64,000 bases of DNA, taken from the human T2T-CHM13v2.0 reference genome, Homo sapiens. Where the stretch lies: NCBI RefSeq assembly GCF_009914755.1, contig NC_060939.1. One strand, written 5' to 3'. The position numbers were made by a program, and so were the translations under genes. The notes beneath the pieces are model-generated. The model was not told the origin of the DNA. It ran no database searches and saw only the letters and a program-made list of their open reading frames with translations. Below are positions 15,386 through 29,500 of the stretch, piece after piece; within the stretch, counting starts at the first letter, position 1, and every line of letters starts with the position of its first letter.

Positions 15386-16156
15386 AAGAATGGTTCAACT
15401 CTATGAGATGAATGCACACATCACAAATAAGTTTCTCAGAAAGTTTCTGTCTACATTTTCTATGAAGATATTTCCTTTTTCACCATAGGCCTCAAAGTAC
15501 TCACAAATATCCCTTTGCAGATTCTACAAAAAAAGAATTTCCCATCTGCTCAATGAAAAGAAATGTTTACCTCTGTGAGATGAATGCACACATTACAAAG
15601 CAGTTCCTCAGAAGCCTTCTGTATAGTTTTTATGTGAAGATATTTACTTTTTCCCCATAGGCCTCAAAGCACTCACAAATATCCCTTGCTGATTCTACAA
15701 AAAGACTGTTTCCAAACAGCTCAATCAAAAGAATGGTTCAACTGATTCAGATGAGTGCACACATAACACAGAAGTGTCCCAGAAAGCTTCCATCTAGTTT
15801 TCATGTGAACATATTTCCTTTTCCACCACTGGTCCACAAGTGTTCACAAATAATCCTTCGCAGATTCTACAAAAAGACGGTTTCCAATACACTCAATCAA
15901 TACAAAGGTTCAATTCTGTGAGATGAATTCACACATCAAAAAGCAGTTTCTCAGAAACCTTCTTTCTAGCTTTTCTGTGAAGATATTTCCTTTTTCACCA
16001 TAGGCTTCAAAGCGCTCACAAATATCTTTTTGCAGATACTACAAAAAGACTGTGACCAAACTGCTCAATCAATAGAATGGTTCAACTATGTGAGATGAAT
16101 GCACACACCACAAAAAAGTTTCCCAGAAAGTTTCTGTCTAGTTTTCATGTGAAGAT
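15386..16156 (-). repeat. Alpha satellite, layer 1, inverted orientation
   Basis: About 4.5 monomers, ending at ...gttttcatgtgaagat where the pentamer satellite starts. Confidence 0.96.
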
Positions 16157-17585
16157 CGGATTGCAGTGAAATGGAATGGAATGGAATGGAATGGAATGGA
16201 ATGGAATGGAGTGGAATGGAATGGAATGGAATGGAATGGAGTGGAATGGAATGGAATGGAATGGAATGGAGTGGAACGGAATGGAAGGGAATGGAATGGA
16301 TTGGAGAGGTAAAGAATGGAATGGAATGGAGTGGAGTGGAGTGGAGTGAATTGGATTGGACTGGAGTGCAGTGGAGAGGAGTGGAATGGAATGGAGTGGA
16401 TTTGAAAGGAATGGAATGGAATGCGGTGGAGTGGAATGGAATGGAGAGGAATGGAAAGGAGTGGAGTGGAATGGAATGGAGTGGAGTGGAGTGGAATGGA
16501 ATGGAATGGAGTGGAGTGGAGTGGATTGGAGTGGAGTGGAGTTGAAAGGAGTGGAATGGTATGGAATGGAATTGAATGGAATGGAGTGGAACGGAATGGA
16601 ATGGAGTGGAGTAGAGTGGAGAGGAGAAGAGTGGAATGGAGTGGAATGGAGTGAAATGGAGTGGAGTGGAATCGAGTGGAGTGGAATTAAATGGAGTAGA
16701 AAGGAACAGAACGGAATGGAACTGAATGGAATGGAATGGAACGCAGTGGAATGGAGTGGAGTGCAGTGGAGTTGAGTAGAGTGGATTGCAATGCAGTGGA
16801 ATGGAATGGAATGGAATGGAGTGGAGTGCAGTGGATTAGAGTGGAGTGCAGTGGAGAGGAATGGAGTGGAATGTCATAGAGTGGAGTAGAATGGAATGGA
16901 ATGGAACGGAATGGAATGGAAGGGTAAGGAATGGAATGCAATGGTACAGAACAGAAAGAAGTACAGTGGAGTGGAGTTGAGTGGAGAGGATCGGAGTGCA
17001 GTGGAATGGAATGGAGTAGAGTGCAATGGAGTGGACTGGAGTGGAATGGAATGGAATGGAGTGGAATGGAATGGAATGGAATTGAGTGGAGTGGAATGGA
17101 ATGGAGTGGAACGGAGTGGAAAAGAGTGGAATGGAATGGAGTGGAGTGGAATAGAGTGGAGTGGAGTGAAATAGAATGGATTAGAATGGAATGGAAGGGT
17201 GTGGAGAGGAGTGGAGTGGATTGGAGTGAGGTGGAATGCAATGGAGTAGAATGGAATGGAGTGGAGTGGAGTTGAGTGGAGTGGATCGGAGTGCAGTGGA
17301 AAGGAATGGAATGGAGTGGAGTGGAGAGGAATTTAATGGAATGGAGTGGATTGGAATGCAGTGGATTGGAAAGGAACGGAATGGAAAAGAAAGGAATGGA
17401 ATGGCATGTAATGGAATGGAATGGAATGGAACGGAATGGAGTGGAGAGGAGTGCAGTGGAGTTGAGTCAATTGGATATGAGAGCAGTGGAATGGAATGCA
17501 GTGGAATAGAATGGAATTGAATGGAATGGAATGGAATGGAGTTGAATGGCATGGAATGGAATGGAATGGAATGGTGAAATGAAAT

Positions 17586-20500
17586 GTAAGCTAAGATTAT
17601 GCCACTGCACTCCAGTCTGGGTGACAGAGTGAGATCCATTTGAAATAAATGAATGGAATGGAATGTAGTAGAATGGAATGGAATGGAGTGGAGTGGAGTG
17701 CAATGGAGTGGAGTGGAACGGAGGGGAATGGAATGCAGTGGAGTGGAATGGAATGGAATGCAATGGAATAGAATGGAACATAATGGAATGGAATGGAACG
17801 GAATGAAGTGGAATGGAGTGGAGTACAGTTGAGTGGAGTGAATCGGAGTGGAGTGGAATGGAATGGAATGAAATGGAATGGCAAGGAATAGAGTGGAGTG
17901 GAATGGAATGGATTGGAGTGGAGTGGAGTGGAGTGGAATGGAAAGGAATGGAATGGAATGCAATGGAATGGAATGGAATGGTGAAATGTAATGTGAGCTA
18001 AGATTGTGTCACTGCACTACAGTCTGCGTGACAGAGTGACATCCAATAGAAATAAAGGAATGAAATGTAATAGAGTAGAGTGGAATGGAATGGAGTGCAG
18101 TGGAATGGAATGGAGTGGAATGGAGAGGAGTGGAGTGGAATGGAGTGCAGTGGAATGGAGTGGAGTGGAAAGGAGTGGAATGCAATGAAATGGAATAGAG
18201 AGGAATTGAATGGAATGGAATGAAGTGGAATGGAGGATAATAGAGTAGAGTGGAGTAGAATGGAGTGGAGTGGAATGGAGTGTAGTGGAATGGAGTGGAA
18301 TGGAATGGAAAGGAATGGAATGGAATGGAGTGAAATGGAGTGGAATGGAGTGGAGTGGAATGGAATGGGGAGGAATGGAACGGAATGGTACAGAACGGAA
18401 TGCAATGGAATGGAATGGAGTGTAGTGTAGTATAGTGGAGTTGAGAGGAGTGGATCGGAGTGCAGTGGAATGGAATGGAATTGAGTGGAGTGGAGTGGAG
18501 CGGAGTGGAATGGAGTAGAATAGAGTGGAGTGGAATGGAGAGGAATGGAATGGAATGGAATTCAACTGAATGGAAGGGAAAGGAGTGGAGAGGAGAGGAG
18601 TGGAGTGGAGTTGAGTGGAGTGGATCGGAGTGCAGTGGAATGGAGTGGAGTGGAGTGGAATGGAATGGAGTGGAATGGAATGGAGTGGAGTAGAGTGGAG
18701 TGGAGTGGATCGGAGTGCAGTGGAATGGAATGGAATGGGATGGAAGGGAGTAGAGTGGAATGGAATGGAGTGGAGTGTAATGGAATGGAGCGGAAGGGAA
18801 TGGAGTGGAGTGGAGTGGAGTGAAGTAGATCAGAGTGCAGTGGAAGGGAATGGAATGGAGTGGAGTGGAGGGGAGTGGAATGGAGTGGAATGGAATGTTT
18901 TGAAATGGAATGGAACGAAATGTAATGGAACGGAATGGAAAGGAGTGGAGTGGAGTGTAGGTGAGTGGAGTGGATCGGAGAGCACTGGACTGGAATGGAA
19001 TGGAATAGAATGGAGTGGAATGGAATGGAATTTAATAGAATGGAGTGGATTGGAGAGGAGTGGACTTTAGTGGAGTGCAGTGGAATGGAATGGAGTGGAG
19101 TGAAGTGGAGCGGAGGGGCGTGGAGTTGAGTGGAATGGAATGAAATGGAGTGCAGTGGAGTGGAGTGGAATGGAATGGAATGGAATGGAATGCAGTGGGA
19201 TGGAATGGAATGGAATGGTGAAATGAAATGTGATCTAAGATTGTGCCACTGCACTCCAGTCTGGGTGACAGAGTGAGATCCAGTCGAAATAAAGGAATGG
19301 AATGGAATGGAGTAAAATGGAATGGAATGAAGTGGAATGAAGTGGAATGAAATGGAATGGAGTGGAATGGAGTGGAGTGGAGTGGAATAGATTAGAGTGG
19401 AATGGAGTGGAGTGGAATGGCGTGGAGTGGAACGGAATAGTATGGAATGGAATGAAGTGGAATGGAGTGCAGTGGAGTGGAATGGAGTTTATTGGAATGG
19501 AGTGCAGTGCAATGGAATGGAATGGAGTCGAATGGAATAGAATGCAATAGAGAGGAATGTATTGGAGTGGAATGGAGAGGAGTGGAATGGAATGGAGTAG
19601 AATGCAATGGAATGGGACAGAAGGGAACAGAACAGCATAGACCGGAGTGGAGCAGAGTGGAGTGGAGAGGAGTGGAATTGACTTGGGTGGATCACAGTGC
19701 AGTGGAATTGAATGGAATGTAATGTAATGGTATGGAATGAAGTGGAGAGGAGTGGAGTGGATATGGGTGGAGTGGATGGCACTGCAGTGGAATGGACTGC
19801 AATGGAATGGAGTGGAATGGAGTGGAGTGGAGTGGAGTGGAGGGGAATGGATTGGAATGGGGTGGAATGGAATGTACAGGAGTGGAATGGAATGGAATGG
19901 AACAGCATGGAATGGAAGGGAACGGAATGGAATTGAATGGATCAGAGTGGAGTGGAATGGAGTGGAGTGGAGTTGAGTGGAGTGGATCGGAGTGCAGTGA
20001 AATAATGTAATGTAATGTAATGTAATGTAATGTAATGTAATGTAATGTAATGTAGTGTAGTGTAGTGTAGTGTAGTGTAGTGGAGGGGAGTGGAGTGGAA
20101 AGGAATGGAATGGAGTGGAGTAGAGTGGAGAGGAATGGAGTGGAATTAAGTGAAATGGAGTGGGATGGAGTGGAGTGGAGTGGAATGGAATGGAGTGGAA
20201 TGGAACAAACTCGAAAGGAACGGAAAGAAATGGAACGGACTGGAGTGGAGTGGAGTGAAGTGGAGTTCAGTGGAGTGGACAGGAGAGGAGTGGAGTGGAA
20301 TGGAGTGGAATTGAATGAAGTGGAATGGAATGGAGTGGAGTGGAATGGAATGGAATGGAACGGTATGCAATGGAATGGAACAGAATGGAATGGAACAGAA
20401 TGGAACAGAGTGGATTGGAGTGGAGTGGAAAAGAATGGACTGGAATGGAATGGTGAAATGAAATGTGAGCTACTAATGTGCCACTGCACTCCTGTCTGTC

Positions 20501-23500
20501 TGACAGAGTGAGATCCAGTCAAAATAAAGGAATGGAATGGAAAGGATTAGAATGGAATGGAATGGACTGAAATGGAATGGGGTGGAATGAAGTGGAGTGG
20601 AGTGGCACGAAGTGAAGTGGAATAGAGTGCAGTGGGATGGATTGGAATGGAATGGAGAGGAATGGAATGGAGTGGAAAGGAATGGAGTGGAATGGAAGAG
20701 AACGGAATGGAACAAAAAGGAATGGAACAGAACGGAGTGGAGTGGAGTGGAATTGAGTGGAGTATATTGGACTGTAGTGGAATGGAATGGAATGGAGTGG
20801 AGTAGAGGGAAGTGGAGTGGAGTGGAAGGGATTGGAGTGGAGTGGAGTGGAGTGGAAGGGATTGGAGTGGAGTGTAGTGGAGTGGAATATAGTGGAATGG
20901 AATGGAGTGGAGTGGAATGGAATTGAATGGACTGCAATGGAATGGAAAAGAACAGAGTGGAGTGGAGTGGAGTGGGGTGGAGTGGAGTGGAGTGGACTGG
21001 GGTAGAGTGGAGTGGATCGGATTGCCATGGAATGGAATGGAAAGGAATGAAACGGAATGGAATGTTAAGGTGTGTAGTGAAATGGAGTGGAGGGGAGTGG
21101 AGTGGAATGGAGTTGAGCGGAGTGGAGTGGAGTGGACTGGAGTGGAATGGTATGGAATGGAATGGAATGGTGAAATGTAATGTGAGCTAAGATTGTGCCA
21201 CTGCACTACAGTCTGGGTGACAGAGTGACACCCAATTGAAATAAAGGAATGGAATGGAGTGGAGTACAGTGGAATGAAATGGAGTGGAGAGGAATGGAAT
21301 GCAGTGGAATGGAGTGGAGTGGAGTGGAATGGAGTGTAGTTCAATGGACTGAAAAGGAATGGAGTGGAATGGAGTGGAAAGGAATGAAATGGAATGGAGT
21401 GGAATGGAATGGAATGGAATGAAGTGGAATGGAGGATAATGTAGTGGAGTGGAGTAGAATGGAGTGCAGTGGAATGGAGTGTAGTGGAATGGAATGGAAA
21501 GGAAGGGAGTGGAATGGAATGGAATGGAGTAAAATGGAGTGGAATTGAGTGGAATGAAATGGAATGGAATGAAGTGGAATGGAGGATAATGGAGCAGAGT
21601 GGAGTAGAATAGAGTGGAATGGAACGGAGTGTAGTGGAATGGAACAGAGTGTAGTGGAATAGAGTGGAGTGGAATGGAACAGAAAGGAATGGAGTGGAAT
21701 GGAATGGAATGGAATGGAATGGAGTGGAATGAAATGAAGTGGAATGGAATGGAATGGCATAGAATGGAATGCAATGGAATGGAATGTAGTGTAGTGTAGT
21801 GTAGTGTAATGGAGTTGAGTGGAGTGGACCGGAGTGCAGTGGAATGGAATGGAATGGAATGGAATGGAGTGCAGTAGAGTGGAGTGGAATGGAGTAGAAT
21901 GGAGTGGAATGGAACGGAATGGAGTGGAATGGAGAGGAATGGAATGGAATGGAATTCAATGGAACGGAAGGGAATGGAGTGGAGTGGAGAGCAGTGGAGT
22001 GGAGTTGAGTGGAGTGGATCGGAGTACAGTGGAATGGAGTGGAATGGAAAGGAATGGAATGGAATGGAATTTAGTGGAGTGGAATGGAATGGAATGGAAT
22101 GGAATAGAGTGGAGTGGACTGGAATGGAGTTGAGTGGAGTGGAATGGAATGGAGTGGAGTGGAATTGAGTGGAATGGAATGGATTGGAGTGGAGTGGAGT
22201 GGATCAGAGTGCAGTGGAATGGAATGGAATGGAATGGAATGGAAGGGAGTGGAGTGGAGTAGAATTGAGTGTAGTGGAGTGGAATGGAATGTAGTGGAGA
22301 GTAATGGAATGGAGTGGAATGTAATGGAGTGGAGTGGAGTGGAGTTGAGTGGAGTGGAGTAGATCGGAGTGCAGTGGAATGGAATGGAGTAGAGTGGAAT
22401 GGAGTGGAATTGAATGGAATGGAACGTATTGGAATGGAGTGGAATTGAATGGAATGGAACGTATTGGAATGGAATGGAACGAGATGGAATGGAAAGGAGT
22501 GGAGTGGAGTGTAGGTGAGTGGAGTGGAGTGTAGGTGAGTGGAGTGGAGTGTAGGTGAGTGGAGTGGATTGGAGTGCACTGGACTGGAATGGAATGGAAT
22601 GGAATGGAATGGAATTGAATGGAATGGAGTGGAATGGAATGGAATTTAATGGAATGGAGTGGATTGGAGAGGAGTGGACTTTAGTGGATTGGAAGGGAAT
22701 GGAGTGCAGTGGAATGGAATGGAGTGGAGTGGAGAGGAGCAGAGGGGATTGGAGTTGAGTGGTATGGAATGAAGTGGAGTGGAGTGGAATGGAATGGAAT
22801 GGAATGGAATGGAATGGATTGGAATGGAATGGTGAAATGAAATGTGATCTAAGATTGTGCCACTGCACTCCAGTCTGGGTGACAATGTGAGATCCAGTCG
22901 AAATAAAGGGATGGAATGGAATGGAGTAAAATGGAATGGAATAAAGTGGAGTGAAATGGAATGGAGTGGAATGTAGTGGAGTGGAGTGGAATGGAGTGGA
23001 GCGGAGTGGAATGGAGTAGAGTGGAATGGAGTGGAGTGGAATGGAGTGGAGTGGAATTGAGTGGAGTAGAATGGAATAATATGGAATGGAATGAAGTGGA
23101 ATGGAATGCAGTGGAGTGGAATGGAGTTTATTCGAATGGAGTGCAGTGCAATGGAATGGAATGGAGTCCAATGGAATTGAATGGAATGGAGAGGAAAGTA
23201 TTGGAGTGAAATGAAGAAGAGTGGAATGGAATGGATTGGAATGCAATGGAATGGGATGGAAGGGAACAGAACGGAATAGACCGGAGTGGAGCAGAGTGGA
23301 GTGGAGAGGAGTGGAGTTGATTTGAGTGGATCAGAGTGCAGTGGAATGGAATGGAATGGAATGAAGGGGAGAGGAGTGGAGTGGAGTGGATTTGAGTGGA
23401 GAGGATCACACTGCAGTGGAATTGAATGGAATGGAGTTGAATGGAGTGGACTGGAGAGGAGTGGTGTGGAATGGATTGGAATGAAGTGGAATGGAATGTA

Positions 23501-26500
23501 TAGGAGTGGAATGGAATGGAATGGCATGGAATGGAAGGGAATGGAATGGAATGGAACGGTTCGGAGTGGAGTGGAATGGAGTGGAGTGGAGTGGAGTTGA
23601 GTGGATAGGATAGGAATGCAGTGGAATGGAATGGAAAGGAATGGAATGGAATTGAGTGAAGTGGAATGGAATGGAATGGAATAGAATGCAGTGGAGTGGA
23701 GTGGAGTGGAATGGAGTAGAAGAAAGAGAAATGGAGGGGGTGGATTGGAGTGGAGTGGAATGGAATGGAGTGGAATGGAACAAACTCGAAAGGAACCAAA
23801 TGAAATGGAATGGAATGGAGTGGAGTGGAGTGCAGTGGAGTTTAGTGGAGTGGTGTGGAAAGGAGAGGAGTGGAGTGGTGTGGCCTGCAGTGGAGTGGAG
23901 TGCAATTGAGTGGAATGGAGTGGAATTGAATGGAGTGGAATGGAATGGAGTGGAGTGGAATGGAATGGAATGGAAAAGAATGCAATGGAATGGAAAAGAA
24001 TGCAATGGAATGGAAAAGAATGGAATGGAACAGAATGGAACAGAGTGTACTGGAGTGGAGTGGAGTTGAGTGTAAAGGAATGGAATGGAACGGAATGGTG
24101 AAATGTAATATGAGCTAAGAATGTGCCACTACACTCCTGTCTGGGTGACAGAGTGAGATCCAGTCAAAATAAAGGAATGGAATGGAATGGATTAGAATGT
24201 AATGGAATGCAATGGACTGAAATGGAATGGAGTGGAATGAATTGGAGTGGAGTGGAATGGAGTGGAGTGGATCGGAGTGGAATGGAGTGGAGTGGATTGG
24301 ACTGGAATGGAGTTTAGTAGAACGGATGGGAATGGAGTGGAGAGGAATGGAATGGAGTGGAAAGGAATGGAGTGGAATGGAACAGAAGGGAATGGAACTG
24401 AATGGAGTGGAGTGGAGTGGAATTGAGTGGAGTGGATTGGACTGCAGTGGAATGGAATGGAATGGAATGGAATGGAATGGAAAGGAATGGAATGGAATGG
24501 AGTGTAGTAGAGAGGAGGGGAGTGGAGTGGAGTGGAAGTGATTGGAGTGGAGTGGAGTGGACTGGGGTGGAGTGCAATATAGTGGAATGAAATGGAGTGG
24601 AGTGGAATGGAACGGAATGGAAAGGAATAGAGTGGAGTGGAGTTGAGTGGAGTGGAGTGGATCGGATTGCCGTGGAATGGAATGGAATGGAATGAAACGG
24701 AATGGAGTGTTATGCAGTGTAGTGAAATGGAGTGGAGTGGAATTGAGTTGAGTGCAGTGGAGTGGTGTGGAATGGATTGGAGTGGAGTGGAATGGAATGA
24801 AGTAGAATGGAATGGAACAACAGAGAATGGAATGGAACGGAATGCAATGGAGTGGAGGGGAGTGGAGTGGAGTTGCATGGAGTGGATCGGACTGCAGTGG
24901 AATGGAATGGAATGGAGTGGAGTGGAGTGGATTGGAGTTTAGTGGAGTGGAGTGTAATGGAGTGGAGTGGAGTGGAGTAGAGTGGAATGGAGTGGAGTGG
25001 AGTGGAGTGGAATGGAATAGAATGGAACCTAACGGAATGGAGTGGAGCAGAGTGGAGTGGAGTGGTGTTGAGTAGAATGGATCGGATTTTCGTGGAATGG
25101 AATGGAATGAAATGGAATGGAACGGAATGGAATAGAAAGGAGAGTAGTGGAATGGAAAGGAGTGGAGTGCAGTAGAGTGCACTAGAGTGGAATGTAAAGG
25201 AATAGAATGGAATGGTATGGAATGGTGAAATGAAGTGTGAGCTAAGATTGTGCCACTGCACTCCAGTCTGGGTGACAGAGTGAGGTCCAGTCAAAATAAA
25301 GGAATGCAATGAAATGGAGTAGAATGGATGGAATGGAATGGAGAGGAATGGAATGGAGGGGAATGGAGTGGAGTGAAGTGGAATGAAGTGGAGTGGACTG
25401 GAATGGAGTGGAATGGAGTGAAATTGAACGGAGTTCAGTGGAGTTGAGAGGAGAGGAGTGGAATGGAGTGAATTGGAGTGAAATGGAGTGGAGTGGAGTT
25501 GAGTCGAATGGAATGGAATGGAGCAGAGTGGAACGGAATGGAACGGAATGGAATGGAATGGAACGGAGTGGAGTGGAGTGGGGTTGAGTGGAGTGTATCA
25601 GAGTGCAGTGGAATGGAAAGGAATGGAATGGAATGGAACAGAGTGGAGTGGAGTGAAGTGGAGTTGAGTAGAGTGGATCTGAGTGCAGTGGAATGGAATG
25701 GAATGGAATGGAATGGAATGGAATGGAATGGAGTTAAATGGAATGGAATGGAGTGGAGTGGAGTGAAGTGGAATGGAATGGAGTGGAGTTGAATGGAATG
25801 GAATGGAATAGAATGGTGAAATGTAATGTGTGCTAAGATAGTGCCACTGCACTCCAGTCTGGTTGACAGACTGAGATTCAGATGAAATAAAGGAAATGAA
25901 TGGAATGGAGAAGAATGGAATGGAATGGAGTGGAGTGCAGTGGGATGCAGTGGAATGAAGTGGAATGGAATGGAGTAGAGTGGAACAGAATGGAGTGGAA
26001 TGGAAAGGAATGGAATGGAGCAGGATGGAATGGAACAGGAAAGAACGGAGTGGCGTGGAGTGCAGGTGAATGGAGTGGATTGGAGTGGAGTGGAATGGAA
26101 TGAAATGGCATGGAAGAGAGCAGAGTGGAATGGAGTGGAGTGGAGTGGAATGGAGTGGAATGGAATGGAGTGGAGTGGAGTGGAGTGGAATGGAGTGGAA
26201 TGGAGTGGAATGGAATGGAATGGAATAGAATGCAATGGAATGGAATGGTGAAATGCAATGAGAGCTAAGATTGTGCCACTGCACTACAGTCTGGGGGACA
26301 GAGTGACATCCAATCGACATTGATGAATGCAATGGAATGAAGTGAAATGGAATGGAGTGGAGTTGAATAGAAATGAGTGGAATGGAGTGGAGTGGAGTGG
26401 AAGGGAGTGGAGTGGAATGGAGTGCAGTGGAGTAGAAGGGAGTGGAGTGGAATGGAGTGGAGTGGAATGGAGTGGAACGGAATGAAATGAAATGGAGTGG

Positions 26501-29500
26501 AATGGAATAGACTGGAGAGGAATAAAGTGGAATGGATAATGGAGTACAGTGGAGTGGAATGGAGTGGAGTGGAATGGAGTGGAGTGGAAGGCAGTGGAAT
26601 TGAGTGGAATGGAACGGAATGGAATGGAGTGGAATGGAATGTAATGATATTGAGTGGAATGGATTGGAGAAGAGTGGAGTGGAATGGAGTGGAATGGAGC
26701 GAAAAGTGGTGGAATGGAATGGAGTAGAGTGGAATGGAATGGAGTGGAGTTGCATGGAATGGAGTAGAGTGGAATGGAATGGAGTGGAGTTGCATGGAAT
26801 GGAGAGGAGTGGAGTGGAATGGAGTGGAGTGGAATAGAGTGGAATGGAGTGGAATGGAATGAAATGGAATAGAGTAGAATTGAATGGAATGGAATGCAAT
26901 GGAATGAAGTGGAATGGTGGATAATGGAGTGGAGTAGAGTGGAATTTAGTGGAGTGGAGTATAGTAGAATGGAGTGGAATGGAACGGAACAGAATGAAAC
27001 GGAATGGAATGGAATGGAGCAGAGGGGAGTGGAGTGGAATGGAGTTGCGGGGAGTGGATCGGACTGCAGTGGAATGGAATGGAATGGAGTGGAGCGGAGT
27101 GGATTGGAATTTAGTGGAGTGGAGTGGAATGGAGTGGATGGCAGTGGAGTGGAGTGGAATAGAGTGGAATGGAGAGGAATGGAATGGAGTGGATTGGAAT
27201 GGAATGAAATGGAATGGAATGCAATAGAATTGAACGGAGTGGAATGCAATAGAACACTATGGAGTGGAGTGGAGAGGAGTGGGGTGGAATGGAAGGGAGT
27301 GAAATGGAGAGAAGTGGAGTCGAGTGGAATGGAGTGGAGTTGAATGGAATGGTGGGGAATGGAACGGAACGGAAAGGAATGGAAGGGAACGGAATTGAAC
27401 TTACTGGATTGTAGTGGAGTGGAGTTGAGTGGAGTGGATCGGCGTGCAGTGGACTGGAATGGAATGGAATGCTATTGAATGGAATGGAATGGAATGGTGA
27501 AATGAAATGTGAGCTAAGATTGTGCCACTGCACTCCAGTCCGGGTGACAGAGTGAGATCCAGTCGAAATAAAGGAAAGGAATGGAATGGAGTAGAAAGGA
27601 ACGGAATGGAGTGGAGTGGGGTGTAATGGAGTGTAGTGGAGTGGAATAGAGTGGAGTGGATTGGGGTGGAATGGATTGGAATAGAATGGAATGGAATGGA
27701 AAGGAGTGGAGTGGATTGGGATGGAGTGGAATGGAATGCAGTGAAGGGGAATGGCGTGGAATGAAGTGGAATGGAATGGAATAGAATGGAATGCAATGAA
27801 GTGGATTGGAGTGGAGTGGAGTGGAGCAGAGCAGAGTGGAATGTAGTGGAATGGATTGAAATGGAGTGGAATTGAAACCAGTGGAGGGGAACGGAATGGA
27901 GTGTAATGGAATGGAATGGAAAGGATTGGAACAGAATTGAACAGAATACAGTGGAGTGGAATTGAATGGAATGGAATAGAGGGGAGTACAGTGGAAAATA
28001 ATGGAATGGAATGAAGTGGAGTGGAATGGAATGGAATGGAAATTAATGGAATGAAATGGAGTGGAATGGAATGGAATGGAAGGGAATGGAACAGAATGGA
28101 ATGGAATGGAATGGAATGGAATGGAATGGAATGGAATGGAATGGAATGGAATGGAATGTATTGGAACGGAGTGGAGTGGAGTGGAGTGGTGTTGAGTAGA
28201 ATGGATTGGATGGCCGTGGAATGGAATGGAATGGAATGGAATGAAATGGAATGGAGTGTAGTGGAATGGAGTGGAGAGTAATGTAAAGGAATGGAATAGA
28301 ATGGAATGGAATTGTGAAATGAAATATGAGCTAAGACTGTGCACCAGCACTTCTGTCTGCGTGACAGAATGAGATCCAGTCGAAATAAAGGAATGCAATG
28401 GAATGGAGTAGAATCTAATGGAATGGAGTGGAGAGGAATGGAATGGAGTTGAATGGAGAGGAGTGGAGTGGAATGGAATGGATTGCAATGGAGTGGAGTG
28501 GAATGGATTGGAATGGAGTGAAATGCAATGGAGTTTACTGTACTTGAGTTGAGTGGAGTGGAATGGAGTGAAATAGAGTGGAGTGGAATGGAGGGGATTG
28601 GAATGGAATGGAACGGAATGGGATGGAATGGAACGGAGTGGAGTGGAGTGGAGAGAAGTTGAGTGGAGTGTATCGGAGTGCAGTGGAATGGAATGGAAAG
28701 GAATGGAACGGAACAGAGTGGAGGGGAGTGAATTGGAGTTGAGTCGAGTTGATCTGAGTGCAGTGAAATGGAATGGAATGGAATGGAATGGAGTGGAGTT
28801 GAATGGATTGGAATGCAGTGGAGTGGAGTGGAATGGAATGGAATGGAGTTGAATGGAATGGAATGGAATGGTGAAATGAAATGTGTGCTAAGATTGTACA
28901 GCTGCACTCCAATCTGGGTGAAAGAGTGAGATTCAGTTGAAATAAAGGAATCGAATGGAATGGAGTAGAATGGAATGGAGTAGAGTGGAGTGGAGTGGAG
29001 TGCAGTGGAGTGGAGTGGAATGAAGTGGAATGGAATGGAGTGGAGTGGCAAGGAATGGAGTGGAAAGGAATGGAATGGAATGGAACACGATGGAATGGAA
29101 TGGAACGGAACGGAGTGGAGTGGAGTGCAGGTGAGTGCAGTGGATCAGAGTGGAGTGGAATGAAATGGAATGACATGGAATGGAATGGCATGGAATGGAG
29201 TGAAGTGGAATGGAATGGAGTGGAGTGCAGTGGAGTGGAATGGAATGGAATGGAATGGAATGGAATGGAATGGAATGGAATGGAATGGTGAAATGAAATG
29301 TGAGCTAAGAACATGCCATTGCACTCCTCTCAGGGTGACAGAGTGAGATCCAGTTGAAATAAAGGAATGGAATGGAATGGATTAGAATGGAATGGAATGG
29401 AGTGGACTGGAATGGAATGGAGTGCAATGGAGTGGAGTGGAATGGAGTGGAGTGGAATGGAGTGGAATGGAGTGGAGTGGAATGTAATGGAATGGAATGG

